DNA from: Camelus ferus
Taxonomy: Eukaryota
Reading direction: 5' to 3'
Assembly: GCF_009834535.1 (NCBI RefSeq)
Contig: NC_045697.1
Coordinates: 66,032,001-66,096,000 of the forward strand
DNA: 64,000 bases
Below, piece by piece: positions 13,521 to 25,965 of this stretch. Within the stretch, counting starts at the first letter, position 1. Each line of letters starts with the position of its first letter. The translations under genes and the position numbers were made by a program. The notes under the pieces were generated by a model. The model searched no databases, was not told where the DNA came from, and saw only the letters and a program-made list of their open reading frames with translations.

Positions 13521-13944
13521 CTAAAAAAGTATATTTAGGGCCAAGAATCACATTTTGTTCTAGAAAACAAATGATATTATTCCCTTTAGAGCTGCATATA
13601 GTTTAACTGATACCAATTCCAAAAAGACTAGGAAACAAAGAAACTCATTCTAAGATGCTGATAAGGATTTTGGAGTTTTCTTGAGCAGCAGATACTTACA
13701 TTGTAGCCAAATCTAAAACTTAAGGGAAGATCTGCTAAAGACTTAACTTCTGTATTTTAACCACTTTTGTACAAATATTATATAAAGTCTCTTCGTTGAT
13801 CCTACTGACTGGTGGGGTATGAAGGGAGGCATGGGCAGGAAAGAAAGAGGGCAGAGAAAGGCATCCCCTGCCCCCAGGAAACTCAAAACGGCATCTGAGC
13901 ACCCAAGATTTAGTCCTGTCTCATCTCCAAGATACAAAGGCCTT

Positions 13945-14004
13945 GTGCTGTACACCAGAAATTGACACAATATTGTAAACTGACTACAACTCAATTAAAA
14001 AAAA
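13945..14004 (+). mobile_element. Young, severely 5'-truncated L1 (60 bp) with poly(A)
   Basis: L1 terminal sequence 'gctgtacaccagaaattgacacaatattgtaaactgact' plus A-tail. Perfect 16-bp TSD aagatacaaaggcctt (13929-13944 / 14005-14020). Confidence 0.9.
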
Positions 14005-14170
14005 AAGATACAAAGGCCTTTATGAGTTTCTAAGTTCTTCCTATGCAAAGGCCTGAAACTGGGATGTGCATACAAGGAAGTTAATAAATACCATAATTTT
14101 ATATATTATGTATAATATTATTCTTCTAACAATTACAATTATTCAAATCATTACTAAGAAATTCCTTCTA

Positions 14171-14371
14171 CAAACAGGTACAAACTACTGTGTATAAAAT
14201 AAATACGCTACAAGAATATATCGTATGGCATAAGGAATATAGCTAGAATTTTATAATAACTTGAAATGGAGTATAATCTATAAAAATTTTGAATCACTGT
14301 CTTATATACCTGAAACTAATATAATATTGAAAATCAACTATACTTCAATTTTTTAAAAACCTAAAAAAAAA
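14171..14371 (+). mobile_element. L1 3' end (cetartiodactyl type)
   Basis: 'atacctgaaactaatataatattgaaaatcaactatacttcaat' plus A-tail. TSD aagaaattccttcta / aagtaattccttcta. Confidence 0.85.
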
Positions 14372-14427
14372 AGTAATTCCTTCTATAATATATACATATC
14401 TATAGAAAAGCATTAACACCAACTTAC

Positions 14428-14876
14428 TATGCCCCAACTTGAGTCCTTTTGTTTAGATATCTGTTAATACTTCTCTATTGTTTGAAGATTTGAACAATGA
14501 ACATATTCTTCTATTGAAGTTCAAGTTCCTGAAAATCTTCTGGATTGCTCGAAGGAGAGTGCTCCTTTCTAAGACACACACCAGGCCGCTTCCTTACACC
14601 CTTCATCTCATTTTCATCAGGATCCAAATACAAACACACTCCAATCTTTATCAACTTGCATTAGTTTATCTTAGCTCTATCCCGGAAAAGGAATTCTGAG
14701 TACTTCATTTATTAATCTCCACAGTGATGCAAACCATATCCTTAATGCTCTGTTATGTTCACAGCCTGGCATTTTTTTAACTAGGGTGAATTCTGATACA
14801 GGTGCAACTTCCTTGAAAATGGAAGGGCCGAAGATAAAGTTTGTCATTAAGGCAGAGTCTGTTTACTCTTAGAATT
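14428..14876 (-). pseudogene. Decayed exon with IQ-like motif
   Basis: Acceptor ttattttcctag, donor gtaagt. Contains AIQKIFRNLNFNRRI (14504-14548). No frame is open across the exon. Confidence 0.5.
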
Positions 14877-15073
14877 CTAGGAAAATAAATTATAATACAA
14901 ATTACACCATCTTTACCATAGTAACACTATTCAGATGAGGGGAAAATTTTTTTTTGAGGACTTAGCCTCTGGGTTTCTTTGATGTATAAATAGCCCTTTG
15001 GCTTTCAGTGCATTCTCTTAAAGGTAACCATAAAGAAACTACAATTAACAGTAATTTGTTCTTAGAGCCGCTT

Positions 15074-15249
15074 TTAGGAGGTGTCAAATATTATCTTGCT
15101 TTGTTTACTTGCACTCCTTTTACAAAGCCATGTTTTAGTTGATCTGTTTCTTCTAGTTTCCTTTGGAAAGTTATCACAAATAGTGTACATTTCCCAGTGA
15201 ATGGAATCTTTAACAATGATGCTATTTTCATACACACAGAAAGAAACTA
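15074..15249 (-). CDS. Exon 5 of the residual 155-aa spliced ORF (to TAA)
   Basis: NAGNAG acceptor ttttttctagTAG. Phase-1 frame open for 57 codons: VSFCVYENSIIVKDSIHWEMYTICDNFPKETRRNRSTKTWLCKRSASKQSKIIFDTS*. Confidence 0.4.
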
Positions 15250-16593
15250 CTAGAAAAAATGTGAAACAACAGGAATTTGTTTTGACAACCTCCTATTATA
15301 TAGATTTTCTAGACTGGCAATACAAAGCAGTTTCATTGACTTGTTTGTCACTTTTGTTGTTGTTTTTGCTTAGCGTGGAGCTATGTTTGGTTGTGGTTTT
15401 TTCCTCCCCTATAGAATTTATCATTTTCTTTTAATAAATTGGCCAATAAACTTAGTCAGTCTTAGGTCAGTGATCAAGGAGAGAGAAAGACTTTCATATA
15501 CACTACTTGAAAGTGATTTATCTGCAAATTAATTCTTAAAACACATTAATTTAGAAAAGAAAAGAATCTCAGACCAAGTGGTAAATCTACTAGTTGCTTC
15601 AGCAACTAAAGTCAGCTTAAGTGTGATTTAAAAAAATCACTGCAGATTCCTTAGTGATCACATATAGTGATCATATCCTCAAAATATTTTGAAAATAGGG
15701 AAAACACAATGCTATAAAGCTATAATTGTCCTAGGGAAGAACTGCTCAGGTGACTAGTAATCTGGAGGAAGAGAGACCACTGGCCTCACACCATCACAGG
15801 ACTAAGTATGTTATTTATTTTATATCACCAAATAATAATCTCAGATTACAGTCCCATGAAGATTCTATAATTGACATTTCACAAGGATCCCAAATATTGT
15901 GACTCAAGCTGAGTGTAAGTATTCTGAATACTGAGTAGCCTGTTATTTGTCTCATAGAATGGAAGCTTATAAGATAATGCCTTATACTTCTTTACTTACT
16001 AGATTCTGTTCATTTCATTATTGAATCCAGCCTATCACAAATGTCAACGGAAAATGAAAGATCTTTATTTTTCTCAGTTTTAATAATGTCTAAAAACAAA
16101 ATAAAATCAGTCACAGTTTCACTCAGTATAGTTCTCTAAAAAGTTAAATTATAACTCTTCATTACATTTTTAGAAAATTGAGGGTTTTCCTGTTTCTTCT
16201 TGAGGGGAACAGAATAAACATATATGAAAAAAAAAAGAAACAATAAATATACATGAGAAAGAATTTGTAGTTCTAAAAATTAGAAAACAAAAGAGCCAAA
16301 TGAAACCATCTTTAGCTGCCCTAGAGCGGGGAAAAAAAAAAGCTCCAAAATGGCTTGATCTTGAAAGTCAATAAATACAAGCTCCCTGTATTCCCACTGA
16401 AGGATCTCAACAGAACTCTACAAGCTGCCACGACTATGCAAATTTTGGATGATTAGGCATAACAACGGAGGAGGGGTATCAGAAAGCATGTAAGGGAAAA
16501 GATAGCTGAGTTAGGGGGAGCTGTTACCAGATACAATAGCTTCTGCATAAAGCCTGCCAGAAGCCACAGTACTGCTTTACTCTGCAAAGGAAG

Positions 16594-16612
16594 TGTGGCA
16601 TCTAGTGGACAG
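16594..16612 (-). promoter_or_regulatory. CTCF-like core motif
   Basis: Minus strand TGTCCACTAGATGCCAC resembles the CTCF consensus CCAC/GYAGRKGGCR. Confidence 0.5.
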
Positions 16613-16833
16613 TTCGTTTCTGCAATACCTTCCTATATTTTGCAGAGAAATAGATAATGATATAGCGTAGATCTTTGTGGCTTAACTGTCTTGTTGTTGC
16701 TATTGTTTTAAATAAGCCATGTCTTCACCTTCCATGTTAAGTGTGTTTTTTTATACTAACTTGGCAATAAAATCAAGCTGTCCTTATGAAAAAAACTTGT
16801 TTAGAATTTATAGTTCTACAAAGTGATTCTTAC

Positions 16834-16862
16834 CTGAGTGTTTATCTTTATTTTGAAAAATA
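16834..16862 (-). CDS. 29-nt exon of the residual spliced ORF
   Basis: ctcatattgcag|TATTTTTCAAAATAAAGATAAACACTCAG|gtaaga; phase 2 to 1, reads (T)IFQNKDKHS. Confidence 0.5.
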
Positions 16863-17593
16863 CTGCAATATGAGATTATTAAATTATATTCACATGAAAT
16901 AAAATCTATTTTGTTTTCTTTGGAATATTAAGTTTCACAAAATGTGAAATGCTGTAAGAAAGTTAGAACAAAAATTTTAGAGTGTGTATGTATTGTTTCA
17001 TATGAAAATATTCTACAAATCAAATTTCAAGTATAATAGATACTGCATTGAAATTCACAGAGTTCTAAAGTACATGTTCAGTTCATTTTGGAAAACAATA
17101 TTTTCAAAATAAGGTATTTTAAGTTACAAATTAGAAACAAATTTAAGGCTTTGTTGATTTTAGTTATTCACTGGCAAAAGTTTGACATGGTTCCAATAAA
17201 AATTTACTGTTAAACATTTATCATGACTCAAAATACATTAACTTACTACATTATGAAATCGTATGTCAAAATTCACCTCTGTCTTCTTGTCAAATCAGCC
17301 AAATATTTTAAAAAACGTATAACTGTACAACTCGGATTTTAGTTTAGTGCTTTTCTATGAATTGACTAAACTCTTAAGTTATTAAAGACTCTAAGCAACA
17401 TTTTGCTCTACTCTAAAATATTGTTTGTCTACTATTGATACCTCAGTGTTTCCATAGATTTGCTTGTATAGAATTGGCCTTTCAGCAATAGGAAACTTTG
17501 AAGAATAATTTGTGAAGTTCAGGCAGGCAGTCTGAAACGCCTTAGGTTTTTCACTAATTGGGGGAATAGAAGCATATACTTCTGTTTGAGGTT

Positions 17594-17613
17594 TGGTCCC
17601 CTCTAGTGGACAT
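17594..17613 (-). promoter_or_regulatory. CTCF-like core motif
   Basis: Minus strand TGTCCACTAGAGGGGACC, preceded by TTCAGTGTT, which resembles the CTCF upstream motif. Confidence 0.5.
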
Positions 17614-17641
17614 CAAGTAACACTGAAATTTAAATTCTTAC

Positions 17642-17801
17642 GTAATATTCCAGTGGTCAAAGTAATTGAGACTAGTTGTAGGTTCAGCTGAGGGAACTAA
17701 AGTAGTTATGTTTCTGTGACATGTTCGAACCTTGCAGTTCATACTTAACTTGGTATCTAACCATCCATTGTTCAAATGTGGGTAAACGGCCTTTAAAGAA
17801 T
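17642..17801 (-). CDS. 160-nt exon of the residual spliced ORF
   Basis: ttttttcatggatttacag|...ATTAC|gtaaga. Open frame SLKAVYPHLNNGWLDTK...LNYFDHWNI. Confidence 0.5.
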
Positions 17802-18014
17802 CTGTAAATCCATGAAAAAAAGTATACAGTTCCAAACTAAATGTTTTGATGATTTGAAAAATATTGAAATGATATTTATTTGGAAACATTTTTACTTACT
17901 TCTAAGCTAGACAAATGACAAGTCTTTGTCCCATGAGACTTTTGTAAAGGTAGGAATATACCTTCTTTTACTTCCTAAAAGACACATCACTCTGAAGACT
18001 AAACAGTGGCTTAC

Positions 18015-18098
18015 AAAGTGTGCAACAACATTTCTTAAAGGGAAAGCACTTCTTTCCCATGTAATGATACTCCTTTGCACATAATATTCCTTCCACAC
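18015..18098 (-). CDS. 84-nt exon of the residual spliced ORF
   Basis: Pyrimidine tract then aag|GTGTGG...CACTTT|gtaagc. Open in two frames: VEGILCAKEYHYMGKKCFPFKKCCCTL and VWKEYYVQRSIITWERSAFPLRNVVAHF. Confidence 0.5.
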
Positions 18099-19170
18099 CT
18101 TTCCAGAATACACGAATGAAAGAGAAAATGAAATGGAAAGAATCAATGAATTTTTAATGTAATATTTGTTTTTCACAAAACTCTTAATAAAAGTTTAATA
18201 AAAACTTTGAAAAAAAGAGGGGGAAGGGGAAGAGAAAGGTGGTGAGAGGCAAAGAGAAGTGAATGGAGTTGCTTTGCAATCTCAGGGAAAAAGAAGGATT
18301 CCCCTGGCATGAGCATTTCAGCACTGTACTATAAAACAGCCACGGCAACCTAACAAAAATGCATTCTACAGACATAGCTGCAAATAGCATCAATAGCAAT
18401 TACAACAGGGTTTCCACAGATATTAAATGTGAAAGTTTCCCATAATTTCTAAAGCACCACACAAATATAAAGTAGTGTTTATTAGTATTGCTGTCTTTAG
18501 AAGCAGAGATAATAGCTAAGACTTACAGAGTCTTTCTTACAAACTGGTAAACACAGTTTTAACTGGTATATAATACATCATTTCATTTGAGCCTCGTAAC
18601 AACCCTATAAATTGGGCTTTATTTTATCCTAATTTGCATAAGAGGAAAATGAGGCACAGAGAAGTTAATTGCCCAAAGTCACTCAATTAGGAGATAGTAA
18701 AGGAAGGATTCACCCAGTAATCCTAGCTCCTAACTCTGTGTGCTTAACCTTTGAATCTCTTGAAAATAACACTGGTAATGCAGTAATAGTAATGTCAATA
18801 AGAATATGGTAAGCAAATATATTAAGTGCATACATTAGAACTAAATTATTATGACCTCAATTTGGGATAAATTCTACTTCAAAATTACAAGCATCACTAT
18901 CATACATTATAGGTATTGATGCTGTCCTTTAGAGTTATTTTTATATTTGAGAAAACAAGCAGCAAAACTGCCCTCTTGCAGAATCAGCTTTTTGCCATAG
19001 ATTAATATTTAGAATGAAAACAGGAAAATGAGAAGCCTCTGTACCAAATTGTAATGAGAAAAAATGTATTTAATCCAAGATATTCATTTATTCTTTCAAA
19101 AAAAATTTTTAAGCAGTGAACCACTTATAACTTTTCAAAGCCATTGGATTAAAAGGAGATTTACCTTTAC

Positions 19171-19214
19171 CTTTAAAAATTGCTTGCATGTAAAGATTTG
19201 GAACTTCCCCAGTT
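19171..19214 (-). CDS. 44-nt exon (alternative donor at 19165) with ATG at 19189
   Basis: ccttttatcacccag|AACTGG...TTTAAAG|gtaaag. Reads TGEVPNLYMQAIFK or KLGKFQIFTCKQFLK. Confidence 0.45.
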
Positions 19215-19799
19215 CTGGGTGATAAAAGGTGCCGGTTTATACAAATGTATTATTCTCCAGGGGGTATTTGAAGGTGGATTAGTTATATCAAACATTAAAT
19301 AAATAGTACCAATTTCAAGAAGTTATAAAAGGTCAAAATATCAAATCTGCCATAATAGCACCATTGACACATTTTAACAAGAATCTTTGTAATATTCATT
19401 TTCCCCACAACAAAAATAATGTCTTCCTATTTCATGATTAATTAAGTTCTATCTTTTGTAATAATGTTAATTTTAGTGGTATGATCTGATAAAGAGGAAT
19501 TACAAAGCTCAAATTACATGAACTTATACAAGAAAAGATAAAAACTGATCTTTCATAAATTCCCTCTTTTGCAGTTGATGTTTCTGATTGCTTTACAAGT
19601 GGGATTTTTTTACTTTTAATAGAACCTCAACAACATAAATATCAACATATTAGAGCAAATACCAAAAATATCCCAACAGAGTAGGTTATTCAAAGAATAA
19701 ATGACCAAAGAATAAATATGGGTAATAAAGGAAGTGAACAGAAGCCACAAAAATGAGGTATCCAGAACTGCTTTAGGTGTTTAATTTATTATCTTATTT

Positions 19800-19952
19800 G
19801 AGTGATTCTTAAACCTTGGCTACCAGCCCAGCATCATAATGGTCACCAGCATACCTGTTAGAAATGCAAATTCTCAAGCCCACATCAGAACTACTCAGTC
19901 CAAAATACTGAAGGTGGGGCCCAGCAATCAGTGTTTTATTAAGACTTCCAAC
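19800..19952. mobile_element. MER5A-like hAT-Charlie MITE
   Basis: 'gttagaaatgcaaattctcaagcccacatcagaactact' and 'ggtggggcccagcaatcagtgtttt'. Confidence 0.8.
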
Positions 19953-20009
19953 AATCCAATTTAATCCTCACAATGACCCTATGAAATTAATAATTTCTAA
20001 TGGTACCAG

Positions 20010-23000
20010 AAGAGAGAGAGGTCCAACTGTGTGTTGCCTACAAAAGAAACATTTTAGATTCAAAGACACAAATAGGTTTAAAGTAAAAAGATGAATAAAA
20101 AAGATACAATATGCAATTAATAACCATAAGAGAGCTGTAGTGGGTACACTAATATCAGACAGAAAAGACTTTAAGACAGAAGGTATTACCAGAGACAAAG
20201 AGTGGCATTTTAAGATGAAAGGATCAATTCGTCAGAATGATAAAACAATTATAAACATATATACATCCAACAACTGAGTCTCAAAATATATGAAACAAAA
20301 GTGACAGAACTGAAGGGAGAAATATATAATTTAAGAATAAGAGTAGAGGTTTCAATACTCTATTCTTAATAATAAAGAATAGAGCACTAAACAGAAAATT
20401 AACATGGATATAGAAGATCTGGATAATACTATCAACCAACCTGACTCAACTGACATGTATAGTACACTCCAGCCAACAACAGGAGAATAATTTGTAAGTG
20501 TACATGCAACATTCTCCAGAATAGACCATATGTTAGACCATAAAACAAGTCTCAATAAATTTAAAAAGATTAACACCATGCAAAGTATGGTCTCTGACCA
20601 TAAGAGAATTAAATTAGGTATTAAAATAGGACAAAATATGGGAAATCTACAAATACTTAGAAAATTTTAAATGGACTTCTAAATAACCAATGGATCCAAG
20701 AAGAAATCATGAAGGAAACTAGAAAATATTTTGAGCTGAATAGAAATGAAAACATACCATATTTAGGAGATGTTGCTAAATCAGTATTTAGAGGGAAATG
20801 TGTATCTTAGAAAGGGAACAGAAAAACTAAGTAGATCTAGCAAGTAAAGAAATTAAACTAGCAATTAAAAATCTTAAAAAAAAAAAAAAAGATTTCAGGC
20901 CTAGATGGCTTCACTGAAGTTCTTCTAAACATTTAAAGAATAATACCAATCCTTCACAAGTTCTCCTAGAAAATAGAAAAGAAAGTAACACAGCACATTC
21001 TATATGAATGTTTTTATGTTAGAAAAAAAGAAAAACTGACCGAGAAAAAAATTACCAAAATCAGAAATGAAAGAGGAGACATCATTAACGATTTTACAGA
21101 AATTTAAATTATCATAAGGGAATGCTATGAACAACACTATGCCAATAAATTGGACAACTAAGATGAAATGGATAAATTCCTAAAAAAGACAAAAATGCTT
21201 TTAACTGAAACTGACTTAGAAAAATAGAAAAACTAAATTTACCTATGACAAATAAAGAAACTGAGTAATTTGAAATCTTCCCACAAAAATAAAGTTCAAG
21301 CCTAGATGGCTTCACTGATAAATTCCACCAAATATTTAAAGAAGAAACAATATCAATCTTTCCCAAATTCTTCCCAAAGACAGAGGAGAAGGAAACACTC
21401 CCCAACTTATTCTACGAAACCAATATTATCCTGATACCAAAGCCAAAGACATCGTAAGAAAACTACAAACTAATATCCCTCATGAATATATGCACAAAAG
21501 CCCTCAACAATATCTTAGCAAACCAAATCCAGGAAAATACAAAAAGGATAATGCACCATGACCAAGTGGGATTTAAACACAGAATGAAAGGTTGGCTTAA
21601 TATCCAAGCAGAAATTAATGTGATATATTATTAATAGAATAAAGAACAAAACACACATGATCCTCTTAAAAGATACAAGGTACTTGACAAAATTCATTCA
21701 TAAAAAAAACAAAAACAAAAACTCTCAACAGCTAAGAATAGAAGGGAACAGCTAAGAATAGAAGGGAAGTTTCTTAACCTCATAAAAGGAATCCATGAAA
21801 ACCTATAGCTAACAGCATGTTAATGACTAAAAGACTGAATGCTTTCCTAAGAACAAGGTAAGGATATCTGCTCTCATCGCTTCTTTTCAACATTGTCCCA
21901 GAGATTCTAAGAAAGGTGATAAAGTATTAGAGACTAAATGTTTGTGTCACCCCAAAATTCATATGTTGAAACCTAATCCCCAGTTGGATAGCATTTGGAG
22001 GTGGGGTTTTTGGGAAATGGATTTTTGGGAGGGATTAGTGCCCTAACAAAAGAGACTCCAGAGAGTTACCTTGCCCTTCCATCCTGTGAATACTCAAGAG
22101 AGTAAGTGGCTGTCTATGAATAGGGAAGCTGGTCCTCAACAGACACCAAGTGCCTTAATCTTGGCTCCAAATTTCAGAACTATGAGAAATATATTGTTTA
22201 TGCCACCCAGTTTATGGTATTTTTATTATCATAGCCCAAACAGACTAAAACAACAGGCAAGGAAAAGAAAGAGAGAGAGAAGGAGAGAAAGAGAAAAAGA
22301 GAGAGGAAAAAAGGAAGAAAGAGTATATGAGAAAGGAATAAGTAAAAAACTATCTTTATTCACAAGCAACATGATCTGATATGTAGAAAATTCCAAAGAA
22401 TCCACACACACACACACATACAAAAAACAACAAAAACTCAATGACAGAAAAAAGAAATAAGACAATTTAAAAGTAGGTGAAAGACTGGAATAGACATTTC
22501 ACCAATAAACATACGAAAAAAGTCAACTAATTATTAGGAAAATGCAAATTAAAATCACTTCATACCCACTAGGATGGCTATAAAAAAGACAAGTGTTAGA
22601 GAGGATATAGAAACTAGAACTCTCAAACTGTAGCCACTTAAAAAAACAGTTTGGCATTTTCTTTAAAAATTAAACATGAACTTACTCTACAACTTGCATT
22701 TCTAGTTCCAAGTATGTACCCCTGAGAAGCAAAAGCACATGTCCACACGAAGACTTGACCATGAATGTTTATAGTAGCATTATGTGTAACTGCCAAAGGT
22801 GGAAAATTTTTAGATAATCCAAACTGGTAAATAGATAAACAGAACGTGGTGGTATGTCTATGTATTGGAATTATATTCTGCAATAAACAGAAACAAAATA
22901 TTTGAACAGATAAACCTCAAATATTTTGCTATATGAAAGAAGATAGCCACAAAAGACCACATATCAGAGGATTCTATTTATATTAAATGCCTAGAAAAGG

Positions 23001-23245
23001 CATACCTACAGAAACAAAAAATCAATTAGTGCTTGCCTGGGCCTGGGGAATGGGGGTTGACTACAGATGGACAGAAAGGAGCTTTTGGAGGGTGAAAGGA
23101 ATGTCGTAAAATTGGGTTGTGGTAATGGTTTCATAGCTTTGTAAATTTACTAAAAAAAAAAAAAAATCATTTAAGTCATACACTGAAAATGAGTAGATTT
23201 TGTAGTATGTAAATTATACCTCAATCAAGCTGTTAAAAAAAATTA
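20010..23245 (+). mobile_element. Old L1 (L1M), degraded ORF2 endonuclease/RT region through 3' UTR, interrupted by an MLT1 LTR
   Basis: Endonuclease motifs 'tgttgcctacaaaagaaaca', 'atagaccatatgttag' and 'tctgaccat'; RT 'gaccaagtgggattta'; 3' end 'gtaaattatacctcaatcaagctgttaaaa'. Confidence 0.9.
21925..22253 (+). mobile_element. MLT1A/B-like LTR inside the L1
   Basis: 'gactaaatgtttgtgtcaccccaaaattcatatgttgaaacctaatcccca' through 'agcccaaacagactaaaaca'. Confidence 0.85.
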
Positions 23246-23319
23246 TCCTGTTTCCACAGTAAGTGATGGGTCTGAAATTTAAATTCAGGACTAACATGCT
23301 TTCAAATCTTTTATGTTCT

Positions 23320-23550
23320 ATTTTTTTTTTTAATTTTTTACTGAAGTGTAGTTGATTTACAATGTTAGTTTCAGGTGTACAACAAAGTGACTCATATATA
23401 TATATATAAATATATATATATACACACACATATATCTATTTTCTTTTCATATCCTTTTCCATTATATGTTATTATAAGAAACTGAATATAGTTCCCTGTG
23501 CTACACAGTAGGTTCTTGTGGTTCGTCTATTTTATATATAGTAATGTGTG
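23320..23550 (-). mobile_element. L1 3' end
   Basis: T-tract then 'gaagtgtagttgatttacaatgttagtttcaggtgtacaac...gaatatagttccctgtgcta'. Confidence 0.85.
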
Positions 23551-24490
23551 CTTTATGATGACTTAATTCTATTAAAAATAGACTTTTCAGATTTGGAAGT
23601 AGCTGAGAAGTGAAATATTTTAGCAAAAGGTACCTTCTAATAACAATTGGCTTGTAAGGCTTTTTTCACATTAACTTGCCAAAATACTTGCCTTTAAAAT
23701 TGTGATTAGTCAATGATTATTTGCAGGTTGTTATCCTTAATTTGCTAACACCTTTACTAACAAAAAAGCATAGAAAAAATGTTTGGGGTTCAAAACATAA
23801 TACACTTTTAAAAGTGATTTGTTTTCCTTTATTCAACAAAGTAACAGATCTTATCAGCATTATATTCATCCTGATTTCTACTCTCTTCATATTTACTTCT
23901 TGGAGTCAGAACATCACAGGCTGGGAGTGAGTCACCTTATCCAACACCTGCACATAACAGTATCCCCAATACTAATCCCACTAAGATTTTTATCTAGCTC
24001 ATTTTTCTACACCTCTAATGATCCTGGCTTAATAACTAAATATGGCAATATATCAGAAAAACAGTTTTTTTACAAAAAAAAAAAAAGAAGAAGAAGAAGA
24101 ATTGTCCTATGTTTCACTGAACAGAGTAAAGCAAACTTCTAATCCAGTATTCATGGCAAATTCTAGATGGCTTTTCCTCTTTGAAAGTTTCCAAAGCTCT
24201 TTAAACAAAACTCTTTCCCATACCCACTTCCTACACACACCCCTTGCCAGCTAAGTCCTAGTCATCCTTGTGGTCTTAGTTTTTAAAAAGTTACTTCACT
24301 TAATTATTCACTTATTTAAAAACAAAATAAAAAAAGAAAAGTACCAATGTGCATACTAGAAGTAAGGTGATCTGCTAAATTCTGAGAAATAAGTAGAAGA
24401 GAGAAATCTTACAGTTTAAAACCAATACATAACTATGTGATCTCTAAAGGATGAATGCTATGGGGATCTAATTTAAAACAGGGTGACTCC

Positions 24491-24630
24491 AGGGGAAGGG
24501 TATAGCTCAGTGGTAGAGCACACACTTAGTGTGCATGAGTTTCCAGGTTCAATCCCCAGTACCTCCATGAAAATAAATAAAATTTTTTTAAAAACCCTAA
24601 TTACCTGCCCCACCCCCATCCCCCAAAGGG
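24491..24630 (+). mobile_element. Camelid tRNA-derived SINE (vic-1-like)
   Basis: ggggaagggtatagctcagtggtagagc...ggttcaatccccagtacctcca...cctaattacc. Confidence 0.88.
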
Positions 24631-25471
24631 GATGCCTCCCAAAAGGTCTGTTGGTAAGTGACATTTAAACTGAAGTCTGAAGTATAAAGAGCAACTATGA
24701 AGGTGCAATGTGAGAAGGGTGGTCCAGATCAAAGGAATGGCATTTTGAGAGAGGAAAGAGACTACAGCTTGGGAGAACCCGAAGAAAAGCCCACTGTGGG
24801 GTTAGAACAGAATGAACACAATGGAGAAACTGAACACTTTCCAGATGAAAAGGTAGATCAGGCCTTATCATCCTCATTGAGGATATCAGATTTATCCTAA
24901 GAGCAATGGGAAGCCTCTGACTGGTTTCAAACAGGTAAATAGAATCAAATTTACCTCTCAAAAAGATCTATTGTGTGAAAATTGGATTAAGCCAATTAAA
25001 TTAAGAATACTTAACCCCCAGATTATTAAAACTGGCATTTTGTTGGGAGTGATGGATGAAGAAGGAATTAGTCATTGCAATTTCTGGTGCCCTCTAATCT
25101 CTCCTCCTTGGTAGAAAGAGGCAGTTAATTCCTGGACTGCTTCCTCAGGAAGGGTATGATCTGTGATGGTTGTGATGCTAATGTTTTGTTTGTTTTTTCT
25201 TTTTAATCACAGATCATGGTTTGGCTGCTACTGGACCCCTCCCACCTTTGGTTGTACGGTTAAGGGTGCTGGAAAGCACTGATAAGTAAGCAGAGTGTAT
25301 ATCACAACAGCATTGCCAGAACACTGTTTTCCAGCAGGGGTTCTTCTAACTTCTGTTATCAAAATCAGGGGTCAGCTCCTCCATGTATCTCATCCTAGAG
25401 TGGGAACTTATTTCTCATTCATTAAAGTATCTCTGTTTCTAAGAATAGCAACATCAAAGAGCCACATCAGA

Positions 25472-25965
25472 AACCAGCATGTTGCACAGCAAAGGGAAAC
25501 ATCAACAAAACAAAAAGACAACTTACAGAATGGGAGAATGTATGTGCAAATGATATGACTGATAAGGGGTTAATGTTCAACATATATAAACAGCTCATAC
25601 AACTCAACATCAAAAATCAAACAACCTAATTAAAAAATGGGTAAAAGACCTGAATAGACATATTTCCAAAGAAGATATACAGATGGCCAACAGGCATATG
25701 AAAAGATGCATCACTAATCATCAGAGAAATGCAAATCAAAACCACAATGAGATATCACCTGACATCTGTCAGAATGGCTATCATCAAAAAGACCACAAAT
25801 AAAAAGTGTTGGTGAGGACGTGGAAAAAAGGGAACCCTTGTACACCGTTGGTGGGAATGTAAATTGGTGCAGCCACTGTAGAAAATAGTATAAAGTTTCT
25901 CAAAAAAGTAAAAATAAAAACAGAACCACCATATGATTCAGCAATTTCACTCTTGGGTATTCATC
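25472..25965 (+). mobile_element. L1 ORF2 3' fragment
   Basis: 'gaaatgcaaatcaaaaccacaatgagatatcacc' and 'ggtgggaatgtaaattggtgcagccact'. Confidence 0.9.

Noticed and set aside
18015..18098. Beta-defensin-like peptide (C...C...CCC)
   Set aside because: The six-cysteine spacing is wrong and there is no signal-peptide exon.
24491..24570. tRNA gene
   Set aside because: The tRNA-like head is followed by the SINE-specific tail, and five diverged copies occur in the window.
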